DNA of 64,000 nucleotides, taken from assembly GCA_964536515.1 (NCBI GenBank), contig CAZHXI010000001.1:31480-95479 (forward strand). The letters are read 5' to 3'. Position 1 is the stretch's first letter. Each line of letters opens with the position of its first letter. Made by a program: the position numbers and the translations under genes. The notes beneath the pieces were generated by a model that made no database searches, was not told the origin of the DNA, and saw only the letters and a program-made list of their open reading frames with translations. Positions 43,173 through 51,257 of the stretch are shown here, piece by piece. This DNA is from an uncultured Gammaproteobacteria bacterium. GTDB taxonomy: Bacteria; Patescibacteriota; Patescibacteriia; CAYZDG01.

Positions 43173-43292
43173 TGTCATTTCGAACCCGAGCACAGCGAGG
43201 GTGAGAAATCTAGCTCACGGCTACGTTAGATTTCTCGTCGCCCCCTCACCTTTCGCTTCGCGAACAGGTGTGAGGGCTCACTCGAAATGACA
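43173..43292. repeat. Structured element with 11-bp terminal inverted repeats (TGTCATTTCGA … TCGAAATGACA) and nested internal inverted repeats, upstream of dprA
   Basis: Arms at 43173-43183 and 43282-43292; internal GGTGAGAAATCTA…TAGATTTCTC…CTCACC pairing. Confidence 0.45.
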
Positions 43293-43375
43293 ATTATGGT
43301 TTTGGTGGATAGAAAAATGAGGACAGCGTTGAGCTGACCTGGGGAAAGTATACACGGGTCGTTCGAATACGAAAA

Positions 43376-43399
43376 CGCTGCGGGAATTCCCGCAGCGCT
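43376..43399 (-). terminator. mfd terminator hairpin (CGCTGCGGG-AATT-CCCGCAGCG) with T-rich run on the minus strand
   Basis: Perfect palindrome 3' of the mfd stop. Confidence 0.55.
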
Positions 43400-43417
43400 G
43401 ATCGTCGTAGCAGAAAT

Positions 43418-46400
43418 TTATCCAGCCAAGAATCGCAGCGCCTCTTCGATCTTCGGCAGCACCTTGCCGCCCAGGGCGTCTTGCCTGGCGCGCAGCACCG
43501 CATCCTTTGCCTTGAACTCCCACTCGGGGTGCAGCTCCATCCAGCGCAGGGCCGAACCCACGGCGGCGTCGTGCCCCAGCTTGATGCGTACCCAGCGTGT
43601 CTCGATTCCATCGAAGCCGCGGCTGGCGGTGCTGTCTACGCCGACTACGCCGGCGGCGCGGCACAGGACCTTCAGCTTCAGCACGGCTAGCAGGTTATCC
43701 AGCGCGTCCAGCGGCATGCCCACGAAGCGCGCGTGCACGTCGTCGGCGTAGCGCTGCAGGCCTGCCTCGTCCTCGTTGGCCAGCTGCTGGTACAGCCGCA
43801 GGCGGTTGGCCTGGTCTGGCTCCACCTCTGCGGGAATGTACGCGGAGAGCGGCAGGTCAACGGCCACCTCCTGCTCGTCCGGCGGGGGACGGTTGTCGCG
43901 CATGCCCAGCAGCGTCTCCTCCAGCAGGCGGCTGTACAGGTGCAGGCCCACGCTCACCGCCGGGCCGTGCTGCTGCTTGCCCAGCGCGTTGCCCACGCCG
44001 CGTAGCTCCATGTCGCGCACGGCAATTTGGAATCCAGACCCCAGCGCGTTGTGCTGCAGCAGCGCCTTCAGCCGCTCGTTGGCCTGGCCCACCAGCTTCT
44101 GGCTGGGGTAGAGGAAGTAGGCGAAGGCCTGCTTGCCGCCGCGGCCCACGCGGCCGCGCAGCTGGTACGCCTGCGCCAGCCCCAGCGCCGGCGCGTTCTC
44201 GATGATGATGGTGTTCACGTTGGCTAGGTCCAGGCCGTTCTCCACGATGGTGGAGCACACCAGCACGTCTACCTCGCCCTCGTCGAAGCGGTGCATCACC
44301 TCCGCCAGCTTGTTCTCTGGCATCTGGCCGTGGCCGATGTCGAACCGCGCCTTGGGCACCAGCTTCTGTAGCTGCTCGGTGATCAGCTTGATGCGCGCCA
44401 CCTTGTTGGAGACGAAGTAGGCCTGGCCGCCGCGGGCTAGCTCCCGCTCCAGCGCGTCTTTGACCACGTCGTCGCTGTACGGCAGCACGTTGGTCTCGAT
44501 CGGCAGGCGCCCCGGGGGCGGCGTCTCGATGGTCGAGATATCCTTGAGGCCGGACAGCGCCATGTTCAGGGTGCGCGGGATGGGCGTCGCGCTGAGCGCG
44601 AGAACGTGGCAGCCGGTACGTAGGTTCTTTAGCTGCTCCTTGTTCTTCACGCCAAACTTCTGCTCCTCGTCGATGATTGCCAGCCCCAGGCGCGAAAACT
44701 GCACGTCCTTCGAGAGGATGCGGTGCGTGCCGATGGCGATGTCCGCCGAGCCCTCGCGGATCGCCTTCACCGCTGCCTTCTGCTCGGCGCTGGACTGGAA
44801 GCGGGTGAGGGCGACGCAGCGCACGCCGAACGGCTGCAGCCGCTTGTTGAAGGTGTCTAGGTGCTGGGTGGCGAGCACGGTGGTGGGGCAGAGCACGCCC
44901 ACCTGCTTGCCGCCGCGCACGGCCTTGAAGGCGGCGCGGATGGCGACCTCGGTCTTGCCGAAGCCTACATCGCCCGCCAGCAGCCTATCCATGGGCGCGT
45001 CGCGGCGCATGTCGGCTAGGATCTCGTCTACCGCCTGCTGCTGGTCTGCCGTGGGCTGGTAGGGGAACGACCCGGCGAGCTTAGCTTCGTCTGGGTGGTC
45101 CGGCAGGCCGAAGCCGCCGTGCACCTGCCGCTTCGCCGCAGCCATTAGAATCTGCCGGGCCAGCTCGCCCGCCTCTACCTTTACCTTCTTCAGCGCCGCG
45201 GCCCAGGCGCCGCCGCCGTCCAGCTTAGACAGGGGCGGGTTAGCCTGGCCCAGGTAGCGGGTGATCCTATCTGCCTGCTCCACCGGCAGGTACAGCTTGC
45301 CGCCGCCGGCGTAGTCCAGCTGCAGGTAGTGGCGGACGGCGCCGTCCAGCGGCTTCTCGCACAGGCCGGCGAACCTGGCCACGCCGTGGTCTACGTGCAC
45401 CACGTAGTCGCCCTCCTTCAGCGCCTGGGCCGTAGCCTTGGCCAGCTTGCGGCGGCGGTCCTGCACGTCGTGCCGGCTGCCCAGCAGCTCGAAGTCGGTG
45501 AGCACCATGATGCGGTTACGCTCGTCGCGGAAGCCGGTGAGACCGCGTACAGATTCCGGCAGGCTGGCCACGGCAACGTCCGATATCCCGTGTCCGGCTA
45601 GCTGCTGCTTCAGCTCCGGCGCCTGGCTGGAGAGGGCCAGAACCTGCCATCCGTCTGCGCCAATCTGGTCGCAGTCGAACTTCAATTCGTTCCAGCGACG
45701 GTGGTACACGCGTACGGGCTGGCCGAATCCATCCGCTCCCGCCGTCCACGTTACGTGGCGTACGCCGGGGTTAACGCGGAACCCCAGCTCGGCGTTCAAA
45801 GCTGGGGTGGTGAGCAGCGTGCTGCGCTCGGATAGGTACGACAGGCCGGTAGCTGCCTTGGCGTAGGCCGGCATGTTGGGGGGAGTAATGGCGACGCTGG
45901 TAGCGGCCTCCAATTTACCGTCTGCCCCCACCAGGCTAATTCGCTCAACCGACTTGGCGGAGAACTCAATCCGTGCGGCGAGGTTCAGCTTCTCTAGCCA
46001 TACGTCCACGGTGCCGCCGCGCACGGCTACCAGCCCGGGCTGGTCTGCCAGCGTGGCCCGGCTGAAGCCCTGGGGGATGAGGCGGTCCAGCAGGTCTGCC
46101 GGTCGCATCCTGGCGCCGGCGTGCACGGTTACCACGCTGCTGCGGAAAGATTCGGGGTGCATGGCTTTGCCCGTGAGCGCGGCGATGGTGGTTAGGATGA
46201 TGGCCGGCTCGTTCAGCACCAGGCGGTGCAGGACCACGGGACGAGGCGGCTGCACCGCGGGCCAGACGGCAATGCGATCGCCGTCCGCAAGCCAGCTGCC
46301 AGCCAGCTGTTCGCCCCATAGCTTCAGCGCCTCCTGCGCCAGCTTCAGCTGCCACTCGTCCTCTACCAGCCAGAACACCGGGCCGGCCGGTCCGCCGCTG

Positions 46401-46531
46401 GGCCAGCTCGCCACCACCAGGGCCTGCTGCGTCAGCGTCAGCACGCCGGGGAGCACGGTGTTGCTCCCGCTCTGGCTGAGCGGGTGGTTCTTCCACGTGA
46501 GCTTAAGTTTTTGCTCGGATTTTTCGGGCAC
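43418..46531 (-). CDS. mfd: Transcription-repair coupling factor Mfd
   Basis: 1037 aa. UvrB-homology N-terminus; RNAP-interacting domain; SF2 translocase motifs (GDVGFGKTEVA, IIDEEQKFG, QLRGRVGRG); C-terminal TRCF domain. Confidence 0.9.
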   Translation of the reverse strand: MPEKSEQKLKLTWKNHPLSQSGSNTVLPGVLTLTQQALVVASWPSGGPAGPVFWLVEDEWQLKLAQEALKLWGEQLAGSWLADGDRIAVWPAVQPPRPVVLHRLVLNEPAIILTTIAALTGKAMHPESFRSSVVTVHAGARMRPADLLDRLIPQGFSRATLADQPGLVAVRGGTVDVWLEKLNLAARIEFSAKSVERISLVGADGKLEAATSVAITPPNMPAYAKAATGLSYLSERSTLLTTPALNAELGFRVNPGVRHVTWTAGADGFGQPVRVYHRRWNELKFDCDQIGADGWQVLALSSQAPELKQQLAGHGISDVAVASLPESVRGLTGFRDERNRIMVLTDFELLGSRHDVQDRRRKLAKATAQALKEGDYVVHVDHGVARFAGLCEKPLDGAVRHYLQLDYAGGGKLYLPVEQADRITRYLGQANPPLSKLDGGGAWAAALKKVKVEAGELARQILMAAAKRQVHGGFGLPDHPDEAKLAGSFPYQPTADQQQAVDEILADMRRDAPMDRLLAGDVGFGKTEVAIRAAFKAVRGGKQVGVLCPTTVLATQHLDTFNKRLQPFGVRCVALTRFQSSAEQKAAVKAIREGSADIAIGTHRILSKDVQFSRLGLAIIDEEQKFGVKNKEQLKNLRTGCHVLALSATPIPRTLNMALSGLKDISTIETPPPGRLPIETNVLPYSDDVVKDALERELARGGQAYFVSNKVARIKLITEQLQKLVPKARFDIGHGQMPENKLAEVMHRFDEGEVDVLVCSTIVENGLDLANVNTIIIENAPALGLAQAYQLRGRVGRGGKQAFAYFLYPSQKLVGQANERLKALLQHNALGSGFQIAVRDMELRGVGNALGKQQHGPAVSVGLHLYSRLLEETLLGMRDNRPPPDEQEVAVDLPLSAYIPAEVEPDQANRLRLYQQLANEDEAGLQRYADDVHARFVGMPLDALDNLLAVLKLKVLCRAAGVVGVDSTASRGFDGIETRWVRIKLGHDAAVGSALRWMELHPEWEFKAKDAVLRARQDALGGKVLPKIEEALRFLAG

Positions 46532-46683
46532 AGTCGTGCGCTAACCAGTCATCCTCCGCCCCTTGGGGGGCGGTCGGTAGATAAATACTAGGGTAGGGGC
46601 GGCGGTTTAGCAAGCGGGCTTGATATCCGACCGGGCCCGGGTCTAGTCTTAGCGCGTCGCCCTTTCACCAACCCGGAGACAGC

Positions 46684-46854
46684 ATGGCTGCCAACAGATC
46701 GTTCGACCCGAACCATCCAGTGTTCTCCCGCTATCCGAACTGCACTAAACGCTTCGCCTGCGCCGCCCTCGGCCGTCGCCAGAGCCACAAGCTGCGGTGG
46801 CGCCGTATTCGATCGCACATCAGCGAGCGCGCGTTCTCTTTCAAGAAGTGGTAA
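46684..46854 (+). CDS. Small highly basic 56-aa protein (candidate nucleic-acid-binding protein or peptide), not in the ORF track
   Basis: GGAGA SD 6 nt upstream of the ATG. MAANRSFDPNHPVFSRYPNCTKRFACAALGRRQSHKLRWRRIRSHISERAFSFKKW; followed by a CTCCCCCGTT-CC-AACGGGGGAG hairpin at 46862-46883. Confidence 0.4.
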   Translation: MAANRSFDPNHPVFSRYPNCTKRFACAALGRRQSHKLRWRRIRSHISERAFSFKKW

Positions 46855-46900
46855 CCGTAACCTCCCCCGTTCCAACGGGGGAGTTAGCTATACCCTAGTA

Positions 46901-46929
46901 TTGACGAAATATGATAAATGTGCTAATAT
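46901..46929 (+). promoter_or_regulatory. Strong sigma70-like promoter in a very AT-rich island (TTGACG-17-TAATAT)
   Basis: -35 at 46901-46906, -10 at 46924-46929; AAAGGAG SD before ATG 46978. Confidence 0.55.
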
Positions 46930-46977
46930 ATATTTATTAGGTAAACCTTGAAAACCAGTTCCAAAAAGGAGAAAAGA

Positions 46978-47646
46978 ATGGAAGCTTGGATTTTTGCAAA
47001 CAAACTGACGGTAGGTTTCTGGTCGGCCATCGTGGCCAGTGGATTCTTAGCCCTGTGCTTCGTGACCGTGCTCGTGACTCGTGCCATCAGAGCCAGATCG
47101 TTCAGGCGCGCGACGCTGGCGAAGCTCAGCAGCGTAGCAGCAGAGCTCGGCCAGCTCGCTGGCCAGTTGCAGTCGAACGACTTCGTCCGCAAGCAGGCGC
47201 TGGATCGTATCGTTGACTTCTTCGATACGGTCAGCCGATGGCACGACCGAGATGCCGAGCTGGCGGCGATCATTGCCGACCTGACGGCGTTGAACAGGCG
47301 GAATGATTACGACGGCGTGCTGCGAGACCTGGCCACGCTGCGGGCTCACCTCAACAATGCCGGCCGCTCGCCATACGGCTTGAACAGGACTAAGCCGGGA
47401 GAGCGGGTTACAGCTGACAGCGTCTACCTGGGTGATATCTTCGGCCTGTGGACCAAGACGGTTGCGTACTGGAAGACGACGGCCAGCGAGCCGAAGGACC
47501 AGTGGCGCGGCGGGATGTGGGCTGGGCACAACGGCGTGGCGGGCAAGAACTGCTACGACGTCGTCTCCACTCAGGCCGCAGATTTCATGGCCGGACACAT
47601 CGGACCGATCGTCGAGCTGGCGGGCAAGGTTCAGCAAGCGCGTTGA
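46978..47646 (+). CDS. Hypothetical single-pass membrane protein (accessory)
   Basis: N-terminal TM WIFANKLTVGFWSAIVASGFLALCFVTVLV then a ~180 aa soluble domain. Start at ATG 46978 with SD. Confidence 0.5.
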   Translation: MEAWIFANKLTVGFWSAIVASGFLALCFVTVLVTRAIRARSFRRATLAKLSSVAAELGQLAGQLQSNDFVRKQALDRIVDFFDTVSRWHDRDAELAAIIADLTALNRRNDYDGVLRDLATLRAHLNNAGRSPYGLNRTKPGERVTADSVYLGDIFGLWTKTVAYWKTTASEPKDQWRGGMWAGHNGVAGKNCYDVVSTQAADFMAGHIGPIVELAGKVQQAR

Positions 47647-47653
47647 ACTAACA

Positions 47654-47681
47654 GGCCCCGGTCGCAACTGCGACCGGGGCC
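47654..47681. terminator. Bidirectional terminator hairpin GGCCCCGGTCGC-AACT-GCGACCGGGGCC between convergent genes
   Basis: 12-bp perfect stem between 46978..47646(+) and the dsbA-like gene(-). Confidence 0.6.
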
Positions 47682-47745
47682 TTAACTCTATCAAGCTAGA
47701 TCTCTCGGCTCGTCGCTACGCTCCTCGCTCGGGATGACGAGCCTT

Positions 47746-48486
47746 TTAGCTGGCCAGCAGCTGGTCCAGCGCGCTCTTGATCTGCGCGAAGGGCACGGCG
47801 CCCTCCAGCGGAATCTTCTGGTCGCCGGTCAAAATGACGCTGTAGGGCGTACCCTGGGCGCCGGCTGCGGCAGCGGCGGCAATATCGTCCTGGATCTTCT
47901 GGCTGTACTTTCCCGAGCTCAGGCAGCTCTCGAACTTGGCGCGATCCAAGCCGACCTGCTGGGCGATCACCGGCAGCTGCGCTGCATCTAGGCCGTTGTT
48001 CGCCGGCGTTACCTCGTAGATCTTGTCTAGGAAAGCCCAGAACTTCTCGGGGCCGCCCAGCTCGTTGGCGCACTCCGTAGCCTCGGCCTCCTTGACCGCC
48101 TTGGGGTGGATAGAGGTCAGCGGGAAGTGGCGGTAGACCCAGGCCACCTGGTCGCCGTACTCGGCGACTACCTGCTTGAGCGTGGGGTGGAAGTCCTTGC
48201 AGAAGGGGCACTCGGTGTCGGAGTACTCTACGATCGCCACCTTGGCTTTGCTCAGGTCGCCGCGGACGTGGTCCGCATCCGTTACCGGCGCAATGACGAT
48301 GTTGCCCTGGCCCTGCTGGCCGGTATTGTCCGTGGGTAGGTTGCCGCCGTTGCCACCGAACTTGGTGCCGGTGTCCTTGGTCAGCGTCCAGACGAAGCCG
48401 GCGGTTCCGGCAATGAGTAGGCCGAACACCAGCCCGACCAGGAAGATGTTGAGCGGCGTAAGTTTGAACGGGGACTGTTCGTCCAT
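47746..48486 (-). CDS. DsbA-like thiol:disulfide oxidoreductase (membrane-anchored thioredoxin fold)
   Basis: N-terminal TM; CPFCKDF CxxC active site; VYRHFPL…HP region. Confidence 0.75.
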   Translation of the reverse strand: MDEQSPFKLTPLNIFLVGLVFGLLIAGTAGFVWTLTKDTGTKFGGNGGNLPTDNTGQQGQGNIVIAPVTDADHVRGDLSKAKVAIVEYSDTECPFCKDFHPTLKQVVAEYGDQVAWVYRHFPLTSIHPKAVKEAEATECANELGGPEKFWAFLDKIYEVTPANNGLDAAQLPVIAQQVGLDRAKFESCLSSGKYSQKIQDDIAAAAAAGAQGTPYSVILTGDQKIPLEGAVPFAQIKSALDQLLAS

Positions 48487-48557
48487 GTTGATTCTCGGTT
48501 AGTGAATTCGTGGGAGCAGTATACAGGAAAGGGAGGCGAGGAAGTAGCGGAAATTGG

Positions 48558-48580
48558 TATCATTGACACTAATTAGCATA
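48558..48580 (+). promoter_or_regulatory. Promoter-like motif TTGGTATCATTGACAC (shares TGGTATCATTGAC with the 56861 motif)
   Basis: 13-nt identity with 56866-56878. Lies in the AT-rich divergent region between dsbA-like(-) and 48640(+). Confidence 0.4.
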
Positions 48581-48639
48581 TATGATATAAAAGTTACGTA
48601 ATTGAACCAGAACGACCAAATTAGAGAGTAGGAGGAGCA

Positions 48640-49233
48640 ATGAGCTCAAGTAAAAGACGGCTCGGCGGCTGGGGAATGTGCGGTATTATTGGCCTCGCGG
48701 TAGTGGCGCTGATTGCGCTCACGAACCTCAACCCAGGCCTGTGGCAGGCGATGAAGGGAGCGGGAATTCGGACGAATTCGGCGATGGCGTACATCGCCAT
48801 TTCACAGCCCCAGGCTGTCCACGCGTTGCTCGAGGGTGAGCTGGAAGAAGTCGCCTCCGACGATCCCGGTGTGGACCTGTGGTCTCCTGATCGATTCAGA
48901 GAAGCGCGCAGCATCAACGAGAGCTGCTGGACGAGGTCTAACTACGGCCTGCTACGCATCGATCGCCGCGGTGGCCGCAGTTACCTGGAGCTCTCCCCGA
49001 ACGGCAACCACACGGTATGGGAGACGTACGGGGAGCTGACGGCGGCAACGGAGCAGTCCGTAGCTGCAGCGGGCAAGCCCAATTTGGAGACGTTCCTCTC
49101 CGGCGGGCGGGTAGCCTGGGGGACGCTCAGCGTCCACCTGGCTGGTAGGAACCCCGACGACGCGACGGCGATCGCGGCAATGTTCATTCCGTACGGGACG
49201 CCCGAGGATTTCGTTCTCACCCCCGACGAGTAG
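48640..49233 (+). CDS. Hypothetical membrane-anchored protein
   Basis: AGGAGG SD; N-terminal hydrophobic anchor MCGIIGLAVVALIALT. Confidence 0.45.
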   Translation: MSSSKRRLGGWGMCGIIGLAVVALIALTNLNPGLWQAMKGAGIRTNSAMAYIAISQPQAVHALLEGELEEVASDDPGVDLWSPDRFREARSINESCWTRSNYGLLRIDRRGGRSYLELSPNGNHTVWETYGELTAATEQSVAAAGKPNLETFLSGGRVAWGTLSVHLAGRNPDDATAIAAMFIPYGTPEDFVLTPDE

Positions 49234-49291
49234 TGAAGCAATTCAACAGGAGCCGCACGTTAACCGTGCGGCTCTTCTGCATTCCGGCCTA

Positions 49292-49855
49292 TCAATTGAA
49301 CCTGTTCTGCACGGCATCCAGCGGCTCGTGGATGAGCGCGGTTGCCGCCTCTGCCGCACGCTGGATAGCTGGGGCGACCAGGGCCCGCTCGTCCATTTGT
49401 AGCTGCCACTTAGATGTAACGAACTCCTCGGCCGCAGACGGCTGGCCGCTGGGTGGCAGCACGCCCACTCGGACGCGGATGAAGCTGCGGCTGCCCAGGT
49501 GGGCCAGCAGCGACTCGATGCCGTTGTGGCCGCCGCTGGATTTGAACTCGCCCACGCGCAGCGTTCCCAGGGGCAGGGCGAGGTCATCGTAGACTACGAC
49601 GATGCCGGCGTGCGGATCGTTCTTCAGCAGGGCGCGGACCGCGGTTCCAGACTCATTCATGAAGGTCTGGGGCTTGGCCAGCTGCACACTGCCGTCGTCC
49701 GTGGCGCAGACCAGGGCGTTCGCCGATTTATCCAGCTTCCACTCCGAAGCGCCCAGCGCCTCGGCGACCCTGTCCACGGCGGCGAAGCCCACGTTGTGCG
49801 GGGTGTCGTCGTACCGCTTGCCCGGGTTGCCCAGGCCTACCACCAGCCAGCGCAT
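49292..49855 (-). CDS. pth: Peptidyl-tRNA hydrolase
   Basis: MRWLVVGLGNPGKRYDDTPHNVGF…, the canonical Pth N-terminus and catalytic His. Confidence 0.9.
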   Translation of the reverse strand: MRWLVVGLGNPGKRYDDTPHNVGFAAVDRVAEALGASEWKLDKSANALVCATDDGSVQLAKPQTFMNESGTAVRALLKNDPHAGIVVVYDDLALPLGTLRVGEFKSSGGHNGIESLLAHLGSRSFIRVRVGVLPPSGQPSAAEEFVTSKWQLQMDERALVAPAIQRAAEAATALIHEPLDAVQNRFN

Positions 49856-49857
49856 AC

Positions 49858-51249
49858 CTAGTAGCGCCTGACGGCGGGCTTGAACTTCTTCTTAACCCGG
49901 CCGCCGCCGACGGAGGCCTGCTGCAGGTCGATGTGGATGGGTACGCCCACGAAGCCGAACTTCTGGCGCAGGGCGTTCTGCAGGTAGCGCACGTAGGCGG
50001 GGGAGAGCGGGTGGGCGGCGCGGACCTGCATCTCGAATCGCGGCGGGTTGGTGCCCACCTGCTTGAAGTCGGATAGGAACGGCTTGTGCTTGCCGCTGGA
50101 GGTGAGCGGCTTCTGCTTGGCCATCGCTGCCTTCAGGAACTTGCCCAGGGCGTTGTCGGTGATGGTGCGGCCACGCTCGGCGTGCACCTCGCGGATGGTG
50201 GCCAGCAGCTGCGCCACGCCCTGGCGCGAGGCGGCAGAGGTGAAGGCAATTGGCGCCCAGGTGAGGAAGGGGAAGCTGGCGCGGTAGGCTGCCGCCCACT
50301 TCTGCGGCGCCTTCTCGTCTTTGGCCGGCAGCAGGTCCCACTTGTTGGCGACGATGATCAGGCCGCACTTGACCTCGCCGGCGAGGCCGGCCAGGTGCCT
50401 ATCCTGGTGCGTCAGCGGCTCGCTGGCGTCGGTTACCAGCAGGGCGACGTCGCAGCTATCCAGCGCCGCCAGGGTCTGCGCCTGCGCCTTCTTGGCCACG
50501 GGGTCGTGCGTGGGGCTCCGGTTGATGCCGGCGGTATCCGTAATCTCGAATAGCTCGCCGTGGTCAACCAGGTTCACGCTGATGGCGGTGCGCGTGGTGT
50601 GGGGCTGGCTGCTTACCACCAGGCGCTGCTGGCCGACCAGCGCGTTGCCCAGAGACGACTTGCCCACGTTGGTGCGGCCGAGCATGGCGATGCGAATGGA
50701 TGGCGCCGCCGCCTCTGCGGGGGGCTGCTTCAGCTTGCGGCTGGCGAGGCGGCGGAATACCTCGTCGAGCAGGTCGCCCACGCCGCTGCCGTTGGTGGCC
50801 GAGGTAGGGTAGGCCTGGCCCAGGCCGAGCGAGGCTAGCTCGGCGGCGTCCGCGTGCTGCGTCGGCCGGTCTGCCTTGTTCGCTACCACCACCACGCGGT
50901 CCTTGCCCAGCTTCCTGCGTAGGTCCGCTGCCAGGCGGCGGTCGTCCGGCATGGCCCCGTCGCGTACGTCGAGCACGAAGAGGATTAGCTGCGCCCGCTC
51001 CATCGCCAGCTTGGCCTGCTCGGTGATGGCGCGCTCCAGCTCGGTGCCGTTCGGCAGGTCTAGCCCGCCGCAGTCTATGAAGGTGGCGCGGCGGCCAGCC
51101 CAGAAGACCACGCCCTCGTGCCTATCGCGGGTGGTGCCCGCTACGCCCTCCACCAGCGCAGCACGCCGCCCGGTGAGGCGGTTGAACAGGCTAGACTTGC
51201 CGACGTTGGATCGCCCCACCAGGGCGACCGTTGCGGGGGTTTTCTCCAT
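49858..51249 (-). CDS. der: Ribosome-associated GTPase Der/EngA
   Basis: Two tandem GTPase domains (GRSNVGKSSLFN and GRTNVGKSSLGN) plus a C-terminal KH-like domain. Confidence 0.9.
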   Translation of the reverse strand: MEKTPATVALVGRSNVGKSSLFNRLTGRRAALVEGVAGTTRDRHEGVVFWAGRRATFIDCGGLDLPNGTELERAITEQAKLAMERAQLILFVLDVRDGAMPDDRRLAADLRRKLGKDRVVVVANKADRPTQHADAAELASLGLGQAYPTSATNGSGVGDLLDEVFRRLASRKLKQPPAEAAAPSIRIAMLGRTNVGKSSLGNALVGQQRLVVSSQPHTTRTAISVNLVDHGELFEITDTAGINRSPTHDPVAKKAQAQTLAALDSCDVALLVTDASEPLTHQDRHLAGLAGEVKCGLIIVANKWDLLPAKDEKAPQKWAAAYRASFPFLTWAPIAFTSAASRQGVAQLLATIREVHAERGRTITDNALGKFLKAAMAKQKPLTSSGKHKPFLSDFKQVGTNPPRFEMQVRAAHPLSPAYVRYLQNALRQKFGFVGVPIHIDLQQASVGGGRVKKKFKPAVRRY

Positions 51250-51257
51250 ACCCCTCG

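Noticed and set aside
46684-46854. Small basic 56-aa ORF as a ribosomal protein (L28/L32/L33/L34/L36/S14Z were considered).
   Set aside because: There is no match to the characteristic motifs of those families (e.g. L32 RRSH…, L36 CxxC…CxxH, zinc-ribbon CxxC pairs). It is kept as an unknown basic protein.
46588-46875. 95-aa minus-strand ORF from the track overlapping the small basic + strand ORF.
   Set aside because: It has no SD or start context and is antisense to an ORF that has both an SD and a terminator. In ~67% GC DNA long spurious antisense ORFs are expected, as in the many overlapping track ORFs throughout.
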